This document shows, one piece after another, positions 24,034 to 37,017 of a stretch of DNA of 64,000 nucleotides. The stretch lies in the NCBI GenBank assembly GCA_964016885.1, contig OZ024759.1, forward strand, positions 27,094,001-27,158,000, read 5' to 3'. This DNA is from Eledone cirrhosa (Eukaryota). The position numbers were made by a program, and so were the translations under genes. How positions within the stretch are numbered: position 1 is the stretch's first letter; each line of letters begins with the position of its first letter. The notes under the pieces were generated by a model. It was not told where the DNA came from. It saw nothing but the letters and a program-made list of their open reading frames with translations, and searched no databases.

Positions 24034-24400
24034 AGTTGACCTATACTAAAGGACTTCACTGATAGGGTTATATGTGTTATAATTTCCCAGTTGACCTATA
24101 CTAAAGGACTTCACTGATAGGGTTATATGTGTTATAGTTTCCCAGTTGACCTATACTAAAGGGCTTCACTGATAGAGTTATATGTGTTATAGTTTCCCAG
24201 AGGGCTTCACTGATAGGGTTATATGTGTTATAGTTTCCCAGTTGACCTATACTAAAGGACTTCACTGATAGGGTTATATGTGTTATAGTTTCCCAGTTGA
24301 CCTATACTAAAGGACTTCACTGATAGGGTTATATGTGTTATCGTTTCCCAGTTGACCTATACTAAAGGGCTTCACTGATAGAGTTATATGTGTTATAGTT
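24034..24400. repeat. 55-bp minisatellite, 6 full + 1 truncated units (same layout at 63065-63432)
   Basis: Unit agttgacctatactaaaggacttcactgatagggttatatgtgttatagtttccc; period 55 (24035, 24090, 24145). Confidence 0.95.
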
Positions 24401-24973
24401 TGAAACAAACTACCTGCATCAGTTATTATACTTTTATAACACCGCTATATTACCTACATGAAAGAGGTAAATATTTATTTCTCTTGTCTTCTTAAATGTA
24501 TAGAACATTTTTCTTATATATATTCTTAACATAGCTAGGACCGTTTATTATTTACTAGTCTCTACTCCTAGGACTTTGCTGGTCTCATGTCCCCTCCATC
24601 AACACACACTCGGTAGAAAGCTGGTCGTCGGATGTAAAGTGGCCCTGATTACAGGTCTAGTATTGAAGCCTTTCGGCTTGAGCCTTGCTGATGCCGACAC
24701 AGTTCCTGTGGTAGTTTTGGTAGCACAGGTGACATTTTATTGTGTTTAGGTACCGGCTAGTGCGGACACAGAGAGCACAACCAGGTGGTGAGCTGGCAAC
24801 GACCAAGTGTAGAGGGCCAGCTTTGAAATTCGAGCGACGGAGTGAACTAGTAAAAGAGGCAGGGTAAGCAGCATTGGTTCTAACGGTGGGACTAGAACGG
24901 AGGTTGGGTGGTGCTGGGGGTGGGCTAACAGCTAACAGTTGTAGGAGTGGTGGGGGTTTGCTAGGATTAATTT

Positions 24974-26570
24974 TTACATCTGTCTGTGAACTCTTGAAAA
25001 AGCAACATACAATTGTCCAGGGTTAAATACTTGCTCAGGGAGGAACAGACCCACTTTATCATGTATTTGACCATGGTTCTTGTTGATTGTCATGGCATAT
25101 GACAGTCTTAATGGAAACTGGGGTCTTTCCAAAGTAAAAGGGATGTTGGCACCACTGGGGGATAACTTCAGTCTTGGGATCAAAACACACCTGCCCATGA
25201 AAGGACCATAGATATGAGAAGCTTTGATAAAATGTTTATGCAGTTCTACTACTTCTAATCTTGTGCCATTACATAATCTGTTCTGGATTGAAATATTCCA
25301 TAGAAGCATTATTATTGATCCTGCTTATAATTGGAGTTTGTGAGGCGGCATCCCAGAAGGTGTAAGCAAGTTCATTTAGCTTGAACCAGGCAGCAAGGGT
25401 CCCTGCATTTCTACCACAACCTGAGCATTGCCTCTTTGAAAGTAAACTCTGTTTGTTCTCCAGGTGTGTGGCTAGGCTGTATACTGTATGTGATGTACCA
25501 TGAAGCTTAAATTCCGAGAGACACGACACTGCTTCTGGCTGAGACACATACCTGCAACAAAGATAGGTTCTTATTTCATCATGGTTGTGTTGGTTCTGAG
25601 CCTCATTAGGTAATGCATTATTCGTTACTTCTATAGATGTACAATCATGCCCCATGTAACATATTTAAAGAGGTACTTGACACTTTTTACAGAAGCGCAA
25701 ACTTCAACATTAATATGTGCACAATATTTCTTAAGCAAAAAGGCATTAAATGGCATAACATTCCTGTTATCTACTGAATGTCATCCAATTTACACTGCAG
25801 TTCCTGTCTTGCACCTCCTGTACTCTGGGTATCCATTTAGGTTCAATAATGTTTCCCTTCTGTAGGTTTTTGGATAGTTCTTTTTGAAAAATCCATTTTG
25901 TATAAATGGGGGAAAAGGGTTTCCAGAACCACATGGCCTGTGGATCATAAACTTTTAAACCTGCTCATGTAGTACTGGATCATCTTCCAATGCAGGTATT
26001 TCTGCTGACACGATTCTGTCAATGTCTTCTCTGTTTCTTATCTTGTCTTCATTTTTTAAGGCTCAGTGTTATCATCTGTTTAGATAATTCATTAAACCAT
26101 TATACTCATCCACTCACAATTGGGCTTGATTGTTCCTCAAATATTGAAGCCTGCATCCCTCTACTTTCATATAGGCATCCACTAAATACTGCTAAAATAA
26201 TTTACCTGCCCTATATATCGCACTAAATCCTCCTCTATATGCTATACAGTATATGTAATACTCCTGCATTGTCAGTCTATTGCAAACACAGGTCCTACAT
26301 TCCTCTCCATGGCACTATGCCACCAAAATTCACCATTATCGGTCGGTCATGAGGTCCAAGTGGCATGAATTATGTGGTATTTTCTGAGGAGGATGGTCTT
26401 TAGGAAAGATGATAATATCTCTTTGTACAGGTGGTGTGCCCTCAATCCCCCACAAAACAACAGCTATCATTACTAGTTGGTAAATTAGAGCAGCTCATAT
26501 CTGATCCTCTTCTAAATCTTAATTCACAGTTCTGTACACGACAATTTTCTCTTCTTGCACTTTGCTGTTT
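24974..26570 (-). pseudogene. Helitron Rep + PIF1 helicase remnant, internally deleted
   Basis: Peptides GKLF*QYLVDAYMKVEG, DIDRIVSAEIP, HINVEVCASVKSVKYLFKY..GHD, DEIRTY..RYVS..EA, and helicase C-terminus LCNGTRL, QFPLRLSYAMTINK..GQ, GQLYVAFSRV. Stops and frameshifts present. Confidence 0.93.
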
Positions 26571-29126
26571 GAGATGAAACAAGATAGCAATGTCCATAAC
26601 ATTACATGTCAGAATTATTAGCCACAGGGGCAGAGATGTCCATAACATTACATGTCAGAATTATTAGCCACCGGGGCAGAGATGTCCATAACATTACATG
26701 TCAGAATTATTAGCCACAGGGGCAGAGATGTCCATAACATTACATGACAGAATTATTAGCCACAGGGGCAGAGATGACCATAACATTACATGACAGATTT
26801 ATTAGCCACAGGTGCAGAGATGACCATAACATTACATGACAGAATTATTAACCACAGGGGCAGAGATGACCATAACATTACATGACAATTATTAGCCCCA
26901 GGGGCAGATATGTCCATAACATTACATGACAGAGTTTCATCTCGCGCTCTCTCTCTCTCGTTTCATCTCGCTCTCTCTCTCTCTCGTTTCATCTCTGTCT
27001 TCCTCTCTCTCATTTCATCTCTGTCTTCCTCTCTCTCGTTCCATCTCTCTCTTCCTCTCTCTCGTTCCATCTCTCTCTTCCTCTCTCTCGTTTCATCACT
27101 CTCTCTCGTTTCATCTCTATTTCTCTCTCTCGTTTCATCTGTCTCTCTCTCTGTCGTTTCATCTCCCTCTATCTCTCTCTCGCTCTCTCATTTCATCTCT
27201 CTCTCCCTCTCGTTTCATCTCGCTCTCTCTCTCCTGTTTCATCTCGCTCTCTCTCTCCTGTTTCATCTCGCTCTCTAGTCTCGTTTCCTCTCTCTCTCAT
27301 TTCATCTCGCTCTCTCTCTCTCATTTCATCTCGCTCTCACTCTCTCTCATTTCATCTCGCTCTCTCTCTCTCATTTCATCTCGCTCTCACTCTCTCATTT
27401 CATCTCGCTCTCACTCTCTCTCATTTCATCTCGCTCTCTCTCTCTCTCTCGTTTCATCTCGCTCTCTCTCTCTCATTTCATGTCGCTCTCACTCTCTCTC
27501 ATTTCATCTCGCACTCACTCTCTCATTTCATCTCGCTCTCTCTCTCTCTCGTTTCATCTCGCTCTCTCTGTCTCATTTCATCTCGCTCTCTCTCTCTCTC
27601 TCTCTCTCGTTTCATCTCGCTCTCTCTCTCTCTCATTTCATCTCACTCTCTCTCTCTCTCGTTTCATCTCGCTCTCACTCTCTCATTTCATCTCGCTCTC
27701 TCTCTCTCGTTCCATCTTGCTCTCTCTCTCTCTTCCTCTCTCTCTTGTTTCAACACTCTAATCCCTCACTTGTTTCATCTCTCTCTAATCCCTCACTTGT
27801 TTCATCCCTCACCCTCTTGTTTCATCCCCCTCTCCCTCTTCCTCTCTCTCTCTTCCTCTCTCTCTCTTCCTCTCTCTCTCTCTTTCTCTCTCTCTCTTCC
27901 TCTCTCTCTCTCTTCCTCTCTCTCTCTCTCTTCCTCTCTCTCTCTCTTTCACACTCTATCTCCGACTCGTTTCATCACTCTCTCCCCTCTCTCCCCTCAC
28001 CCTCTTGTTTCAACTCTCTCTTCGTTTCAACTCTCTCTCCTCTCGTTTCAACTCTCTCTCTCTCTCTCTCCTCTCGTTACAACTCTCTCTCTCTCTCCTC
28101 TCGTTTCAACTCTCTCTCTCTTTTCTCGTTTCAACTCTCTCCTCTCTTGTTTCAACTCTCTCACCTCTCGTTTCAACTCTTTCTCTCTGTGTCTCCAATG
28201 TGTAATAAACCGTGACTCATATATATATACCGAAGTATGTACATAAACACATACATACACGCATGTGTATATATATATATACATACATGTGTCTCTCTCT
28301 CTCTCCCTATATATATGTATATATGTATAAATATGTACATACATATTAGTGTATATATATTGCTATCTATATGCATATTTGTATAATTATACTGTATGGT
28401 GAATTGGCAGTATCGGTAGAGGGTCTGACGCCATGCTTTCCAGCATAGTTACGTCCCTTTACGATCCGAGGTTAACTTTGCCTTTCATCCTTAAGGGGTC
28501 GATAAAATAAAGTACCAGTAATGTACTGGTTAATTGCTGGCCTTGTGCCTAAAGTAGAAACAATTATTAGTTCAAAGTGAAACCACCATCCTACCTGAAA
28601 TATTATGTTATCATATTAAATATTTCTTATACTGTCATGTTTTTTCTTTAAAACGATTGCATCTCAATAAAGTGAAGAAAACTATTATATACTGTTGTTA
28701 TATCATTATACTTTAGTTTTAACATTTCTATGTGTATAAATATAATGTATGTAAGTGTGTTTGAAAATATATAATAATAATATGCATGTTTGAAGCAGGG
28801 TTCAACTGAAATATCTATACCAGTAACTTAATTAGTGTTACACCTTAGGCATAAACTATTTGGCATTCTTTGAAGGAGGTACTAGGTTTTTCGCTTTCTT
28901 AAATGGAGTATACACGCGCACACGATGCATATATATAAATTGTTTTTCTCTGTACAAAGAGATTGACATCATTTCTTAAATCATTATTTAGGGTTTTACA
29001 ACAAAACATATTGTATGTGTAATTATACAAATTGAATTTAAGTATTTATTTTAAAATTTTACATACACTTTAGTAGTATCATCATCATCATCATCATCAT
29101 TTTACGTCCGCTTTTCCCTCATTTGT
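26571..29126 (-). mobile_element. 2.55-kb composite insertion in the Helitron ORF: one satellite module + CT tail + SINE + AT-rich DNA
   Basis: Flanks gctgtt-tga...tga-tgccatgc compared with the uninterrupted gctgtttgatgccatgc at ~38608-38624. About 7-8 46-bp monomers at 26591-26935 and a CT block to ~28190. Confidence 0.85.
29079..29118 (-). mobile_element. Short 5'-truncated retroelement tail ending in (GAT)n
   Basis: (atc)n-attttacgtccgcttttcc replaces the (TA)n seen at the paralogous site 16005-16025. Confidence 0.6.
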
Positions 29127-29985
29127 GATGCCATGCATTGTATTGTACACTTCGACATATGGATTATATTCATGCAACACCTCTCATATCATAGCCATTT
29201 TTTGTGGTGAGCAGCCATTATTTGTTGGGACTAGGGCAGTGGATTGGCAGTATCGGTAGAGCGTCAGACACCATGCTTTGCAGCATAGGGTTATGGCCCT
29301 TTACGTTCTGGGTTCAAATCCCTCTAAGGTTGACTTTGTTTTCATCCTTATGAGGTCGATAGAATAAAGTACCAGTAATTGCTGGCCTTGTGCCAGACAA
29401 AATTATTTGGTTGTACTTCCAATCTGTGCTACACACCTTCGTTCCCATCAATAATATATAACTGGCCATATTGTGGTGTATTTTCTGCAGGTTACAGAGA
29501 TGGGTGTGTATTGATATGTTTGACCCTGAATATGAAATCTATACGGGCCTCTGCCGGGTGGTAACACCAAATGAAGTGAAATAAATGTAGTTTTAATTGC
29601 AGATGTTTCTGTGAAATCAACTGCTTCCTGGCCTCTTTCAAAGAGATTTCTCAGTCTCTCAGGGTATATTTGCAATGGTGGCAACACTACCTTTCCTTTA
29701 TTACAACAGTTACAATTTTCATTTCTAAATTTCAAAGCTCCACAGTGATCACACGAAACATTCATATCACTAATATGAAATTCTTCTACATTTCCATTAA
29801 TATTAATTGTTGGCCAATTTCTCTTACGACGCTCATTATCCATTCTTCTCTGTCTGAATGTTTTCCATTCTAAATCTATTTGCATGGAATAATTATATTC
29901 TGTTGTTTATTATGTAATTAAATAGCTCTGTACAATACATAGAGCATTCTTCTTTTCTTTACCTTTTCTATGGAAATACAAGAAC
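29127..29985 (-). pseudogene. Helitron RepHel N-terminal part (continuation of 24974-26570)
   Basis: ORF 29448-29885 with CDHCGALKF..CC.KGKV and GPYRFHIQGQTY. Confidence 0.88.
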
Positions 29986-29989
29986 AAAC

Positions 29990-30027
<38 letters not shown>

Positions 30028-31924
30028 ATATACATAAACAAGACTGTTATTGCTCCAACCAGTCTATTTACCTTTGATAACTATCCTAAATATAAATACA
30101 CCTATACCATACATACACATATCATATATGTTTTTGATGCCGTGGTATAGCAGAGATAAGCAAGAAGAGAAAAGAAAATGAAAATGAGAAAAAAAAAGAA
30201 GTAAGAAGTCGGGGGAGGGACAGACACTTCACTCCTGTCGTCTTTCCTCCCGACTTTATGGAGGAAATCAGCAGTACAGGGACCAAGTATGGCAGAGGTC
30301 TCAATGGAGTGGAAGAGGTGAGTCAGGCCTTGGTACTATCTTACTATCCTTTGCATTGCGGGGTGTGGAGCCTAGGTTTGTGGCTGTAGCTATATTTGAA
30401 CTTTTATATGAAATTTCAGTTTTATATTTTTCACATCTTAAAACTTAATCTTAGTCTTTTGCAGCTCATCTTGTTTCATCTCGCAGCACACGATTTGGGA
30501 ACCACTGCTCTAGAGTTAGAAAAAGTATATTTTATGCAGGGCTTCCCTGAGGCATAAAAACTATTTCAAGAGATCGACATGGGTAGAAAGGTTGAGAAAT
30601 GCTGCACAATGTTCTTTGGTTTTTGTTCACCTTTAAATAATCATGTATAAAATATCGGGTGTGCAAGATTTCATGAAAAGGTATAACATTATTTATGCTG
30701 ATCTTGCAGGAACTAGCTCCAATTGAGAGTTGTACCAATTCCCACTAAACTCGAAACTCCTGGACAATATATACATATCTTTATAAGTTCCTGTGTATTG
30801 TGTCGTTGTATAATGAAACATAAATATATACCATGCATGTCAGTCAGATTTGAACTCACTATATTTGGCGTTTTATAGATATAATTTGTTTGTTAAAACA
30901 ATTGATTAAATAATAACTAAATAAAATTAATTCTACAATCCTGGATAGGGAATGAACTTATAACTTCATAATAGAAGCCATCTATTCGAGCAGTATTGCC
31001 ATCTAAGCCACCAGGTTACTTACAGAACTTCATTCAAATATAAAATATAAAATATATGCCAGACATAGTGAGTTCGAATCTGACTGATTAGTTGGTCATT
31101 GTCCCAGCCAACAGTTTAAATCGCCAACCAGTAGGTTACATCGACTAGGTTGGGAAAACTTGGTTAAGTAGCTCCAGTTATTGCTACGTTAGACATATTC
31201 AAGACTTATCGACACCGAATGGAAGAAAGGTAAAGTTGAACTCAGAGTAAAGAACTGGAAAAATACTGCAAAGAATTCTATCTGATGTTCTAACAATTCT
31301 ACCAAATTACCTTATGTATATATATTTATATCTAGAGATAAGAAGAAAACTGAAAGAAAGAAAAAAAAATGAGACCTTATATGTAACCCATGACCGGGAT
31401 TGAAACCGAAACCAGGACTACCACCATCTCTGGTATCACCCACCAGACCACCATGAAAGATACAAAAATCTGCTTTTTAATATTTATAAGCCTACTTTCA
31501 ATATTAAAGTAATTAACATGTGGTGTTGTTCATGCCTTTCTCTATGTTATTGATAAAAAATAAAGTATTTAAACCTCAAATTTTGTTATTCAAATATGCT
31601 TGCTTATGTAATTATAAATGTCGCAGAATACACACACATATATAGATGTGAAAATATTCAGGACCCCAACGGCTGTGCTACTGCCGTTTCGACATCTATA
31701 TATATATCTTTTAGTCCTAGGCTCTTTCAGCGCAGAAAGAATTCTCCAATGATCACAACCAGCTAATGGTGCCCAGTGGAAGCACTTTAGTCTAATTATA
31801 ACCCCAACGATCACGATTAGCGGCGGCTTTTTCGAGTCTGAGGTTGACTGCCAGATATATATATATATATTTTTATACTTTGCTAGAATCCCGGAGAACA
31901 ACAGAAAGATGCTGAGTTCAGAGT

Positions 31925-32563
31925 TTAAAAAACATGTCCCCTTTAATATAAAAACAATCCGAGTCTTGTAAAAGTGTTATTACTGTAATATAAAGTAGAA
32001 ACCCTTTATTTAAACAAAGCTGCGATGCAGCGATCATCAAAGCAAACCCCAAAATGTAAACAAACTTCTCGCAGGTGCTGCCAGATACACGATAACATGT
32101 GTATACGAAGTGTAACAGGGAGTTGGGTCGTATTATATGACTTTCAAATTGACCCCTATTATATTCAAATTATCCCCTGTGGGGCGTGCACCCCACGTTG
32201 AGAATCCCTCATAAATAAATATATGTGAGTGTGTTGCTATGACTGCTATTTCTAGCAGGTTTACTGCAGTCCTGTAGACGCACAACAAAAACCGGAAGTG
32301 GCAGCCATTAAAAAACTTTGGCTTAAAATCAGCCAAAAGATTTTCAATAATAGTAAAATTTTATTTTTGACAAGGACGATAACTTTTGTCTTACTTAATC
32401 GCAAAAATCGAGGCAAAAATTTTGAGGGTGTGCAGTTTACACGCTAAAAATAAACCTGCTAGAAATAGCAGTCATAGCAACTCACTTACATATATTTATA
32501 TATCATATATATATATATATATATATATGGACACTTTAGAAATAGCAGCGAATAACAGAAAGG

Positions 32564-32658
<95 letters not shown>

Positions 32659-33680
32659 TATATATATATGCCCCAGCATACACACACACACACACATATA
32701 TATACATATATATATGCCCCAGCATGGTCTTGGACGATCGTCTAACTAAGGCCAATAATAAAATCCTTCAAAATAAATTAAACACTACTAAATCCGGGGT
32801 TACAACTTGGATTACTTAAAAGTCAGTAAAGCTGTAAAGATTCTATATTGTAAATAGGTGGTCGCATGTTCGAATCCGGGCAAATCTCGAGAAAAATAAC
32901 AAAAAGAAGGACAATGTAAAAATAGCAGCCATAAACGAGAGGAGGACACACACACAAACACACACACATGTATATATATATATATGTGTGTCTGTGTATG
33001 TGTTTGGCTGCTATATATATATATAGCGGTCAACACACACACACGTACATATATAAGTGTGTGTGTTTGGCTGATATATATATATATATATATATATGAT
33101 ATATAAATATATGTGAGTTGCTATGACTGCTATTTCTAGCAGGTTTATTTTAGCGTGTAAACTGCACACCCGCAAAATTTTTGCCTCGATTTTTGCGATT
33201 AAGTAAGACAAAAGTTATCGTCCTTGTCAAAAATAAAATTTTACTATTATTGAAAATCTTTTGGCTGATTTTAAGCCAAAGTTTTTTAATGGCTGCCACT
33301 TCCGGTTTTTGTTGTGCGTCTACAGGACAGCCATAAACCTACTAGAAATAGCAGTCATAACAACACACTTATGTATATTTATATATCAGGGATTCTCAAC
33401 GAAGGGTACACGCCCCACAGGGGGCAATTTGAATTTAATAGGGGCCAATTAGAAAGTGATATAATACGACCAAACTTCCAGTTACACTTTGTTCACATGT
33501 TATCCTGTATCTGGCAGCAGCTACGAGAAGTTTGTTTATATTTTGAAGTTTGTTTTGATCATCGCGGCATCGTAGCTTTGTTTAATTAAAGCATTTCTAC
33601 TTTATATTACAGTAGTAACACTTTTACAAGACTCGGTTTATTTCTATATTAAAAGGGAACATAAACCTAATTTTTAAACG
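31925..33680. mobile_element. Long-inverted-repeat (~600-bp arms) non-coding element
   Basis: ~31925-32520 is the reverse complement of ~33085-33680 (mirror ORFs 32133-32336 minus and 33261-33452 plus). Spacer is microsatellite-rich. Confidence 0.8.
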
Positions 33681-33682
33681 TT

Positions 33683-33720
33683 GAGGTGGGGCATGGAGCA
33701 AAAAAGGTTTGGAACTACTG
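33683..33720 (+). mobile_element. Degenerate hAT-Charlie-type 3' terminus
   Basis: gtggggcatggagcaaaaaaggtttggaactactg resembles AAAAAGGTTGGGAACCACTG ends. Confidence 0.45.
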
Positions 33721-35803
33721 AAGACAACGAATCATCGTTTTTATTAATGTAAACAAACTTCTCGCAGGTGCTGCCAGATACACGATAACATGTGTATACG
33801 AAGTGTAACAGGGAGTTGGGTCGTATTATATGACTTTCAAATTGACCCCTATTATATTCAAATTATCCCCTGTGGGGCGTGCACCCCACGTTGAGAATCC
33901 CTCATAAATAAATATATGTGAGTGTGTTGCTATGACTGCTATTTCTAGCAGGTTTACTGCAGTCCTGTAGACGCACAACAAAAACCGGAAGTGGCAGCCA
34001 TTAAAAAACTTTGGCTTAAAATCAGGCAAAAATTTTTTAACAATTTGCCAAGAAAGATAACTCTTGTCTTACTTAATCGCAAAAATCGAGGCAAAATTTT
34101 GCGGGTGTGCAGTTTGTTTGGTGTATTTGACTGCTATTTCTAGCATATATGGACACTTTAGAAATAGCAGCGAAACACGGGAAACATAAGAAAGAAGGTC
34201 ACACACGTATATATATATATATATAATTATGTATCTGTATATATATATATATATATACATATATACATATATATATGCACAGATATATACATTTAAATAT
34301 ATATATTTATATATACATACACGCGCGCACACACACCTATACGTAGATATTGGTGTGTGTATAGCTGGTATATATATATATATGTATGGGTGAGTGTATA
34401 GCTGGTATATATATATATATATATATAGGTGTGTGTCCTTCTTTCTGCTGTTTTCCGTTTTTCGCTGCTATTTCTAAAGTGTCCATACATGCTAGAAATA
34501 GCAGTCATAGAAACACACTCACATATATTTATTTATGAGGGATTCTCAACGTGGGGTGCACGCCCCACAGGGGATAATTTGAATATCCCCCTCTTTATAT
34601 CAATTAGCACTAACTCTCTCCCTCTCTATATCTACTACACGGCACTCTCTTCCAATACCCCTCTCTATATGAAGTAACACCAAACTCTCCCCCTCTCTAT
34701 ATATTAAGCACTAAGTCAGGAATTTTTTTCTTCTTTCGTGCAGAGAGAGTAAAGTTGATTAAATCTACTGCAGTGAATTACTGGTATTTTATTTAATAAA
34801 AATTAAAATTTACTATTTGTCTTCGTTTAATTTTCGTTTTTCTTTACATAGTTTCGTTTCGTTAAATGTCTCCAGAATTTGTTTTTACTTTTACCGGATA
34901 TTGAAGGTGTAAACTTGGTGTTGTCTAGAAACGTGTTAGAAATATTTTTCTTTTAATTGTGAAGAATTTAACCGCAAAGTAAGTTTTTTTTACTGTTTAT
35001 TTGTGGCTGGGACAACGTATGGTATGTGTTAATGTAAATGGTGAAGGTTTAAAGATTCTTTTTACAACTGAAAATCGGTTTGTTGTTGCTGCTAATTACT
35101 TAACGCATGGAATAGATTAAAAAAATACAGGATTGTTTCTCGGAAGAGAGGAAGAAGAAACAAATCACAGAAGCGGGTAGCACACACATTTGGGACCACA
35201 TACAACACAAAAACAGGTAATCCACACATCTGGGACCACATACAACACACCAGCAGGTAATACATACATCTAGGACCACATAAGCAGGTAATACACACAT
35301 CTAGGACCACATACAACACACAAGCAGGTAATACCCACATCTAGGACGACATACAACCAAAGGCAGGCGAAAGGGGTGGACAAACGAGCTGCTACTAGAT
35401 CAAAAGATAACAGTATCGCGAGGAGCACTGGGAAACCTCTCTAATGATTTTTTAGGAAAGCCAGCACGTCTGCAGCGTTACCTCGGGCGATGGCGAGGCT
35501 GAGGAGCTGGAACAACCAAGTGCCCTCACGAGCTTCACCAGTCACCTTCGTCAGGCTAGCCGCCAGTGAAGATAGGAATCTCGCAGTCAGTATCCCGACT
35601 CCCCCAAACGCCACAGGCTGGAAAATGTAGTTGGCCGACAGATCACAGTATTACTTAACAGTGATAGATATTCTGTCTAAAGGAGGGGCGTACAACAGGC
35701 GGCCCGCGGGCCACAGTCGAGCCCACCTGACCAGTCAGAGTGGCCCGCAATGACTCTTGTAGGCTTATTTAGAATTTTTTCCATACCCGTAATACTTCTG
35801 TTA

Positions 35804-36444
35804 GTTGACCTATACTAAAGGACTTCACTGATAGGGTTATATGTGTTATAATTTCCCAGTTGACCTATACTAAAGGACTTCACTGATAGGGTTATATGTG
35901 TTATAGTTTCCCAGTTGACCTATACTAAAGGACTTCACTGATAGGGTTATATGTGTTATAGTTTCCCAGTTGACCTATACTAAAGGACTTCACTGATAGG
36001 GTTATATGTGTTATAATTTCCCAGTTGACCTATACTAAAGGACTTCACTGATAGGGTTATATGTGTTATAGTTTCCCAGTTGACCTATACTAAAGGGCTT
36101 CACTGATAGAGTTATATGTGTTATAGTTTCCCAGAGGGCTTCACTGATAGGGTTATATGTGTTATAGTTTCCCAGTTGACCTATACTAAAGGACTTCACT
36201 GATAGGGTTATATGTGTTATAGTTTCCCAGTTGACCTATACTAAAGGACTTCACTGATAGGGTTATATGTGTTATAGTTTCCCAGTTGACCTATACTAAA
36301 GGACTTCACTGATAGGGTTATATGTGTTATAGTTTCCCAGTTGACCTATACTAAAGGACTTCACTGATAGGGTTATATGTGTTATAGTTTCCCAGTTGAC
36401 CTATACTAAAGGGCTTCACTGATAGAGTTATATGTGTTATAGTT
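35804..36444. repeat. 55-bp minisatellite, expanded allele (11 full + 1 truncated)
   Basis: Same unit as at 24034; the same truncated unit is retained at ~36135. Confidence 0.95.
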
Positions 36445-37017
36445 TGAAACAAACTACCCGCATCAGTTATTATACTTTTATAACACCGCTATATTACCTA
36501 CATGAAAGAGGTAAATATTTATTTCTCTTGTCTTCTTAAATGTATAGAACATTTTTCTTATATATATTCTTAACATAGCTAGGACCGTTTATTATTTACT
36601 AGTCTCTACTCCTAGGACTTTGCTGGTCTCATGTCCCCTCCATCAACACACACTCGGTAGAAAGCTGGTCGTCGGAGGTAAAGTGGCCCTGATTACAGGT
36701 CTAGTATTGAAGCCTTTCGGCTTGAGCCTTGCTGATGCCGACAGAGTTCCTGTGGTAGTTTTGGTAGCACAGGTGACATTTTATTGTGTTTAGGTACCGG
36801 CTAGTGCGGACACAGAGAGCACAACCAGGTGGTGAGCTGGCAACGACCAAGTGTAGAGGGCCAGCTTTGAAATTCGAGCGACGGAGTGAACTAGTAAAAG
36901 AGGCAGGGTAAGCAGCATTGGTTCTAACGGTGGGACTAGAACGGAGGTTGGGTGGTGCTGGGGGTGGGCTAACAGCTAACAGTTGTAGGAGTGGTGGGGG
37001 TTTGCTAGGATTAATTT

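Noticed and set aside
24034-24400. 55-bp and 89-bp arrays as CRISPR arrays
   Set aside because: No unique spacers; these are pure tandem repeats.
24600-24810. Possible further SINE fragment (ggtggtgagctggcaa at ~24784)
   Set aside because: Only a short head-like match; too degenerate to call.
24530-24970. Helitron 3' terminus (hairpin + CTRR)
   Set aside because: Several CTAG sites exist (e.g. ~24535, 24555, 24847, 24892, 24961) but none has a convincing GC hairpin at the expected distance.
24974-25655. Functional host PIF1 helicase gene
   Set aside because: It is fused to Helitron Rep remnants, lacks Walker A, and has stops and frameshifts.
32486-32755. Tyr/Ile/Cys/Val-rich short ORFs (also 256-453, 15024-15354, 22520-22735)
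   Set aside because: Translations of (TA)n and (CA)n microsatellites.
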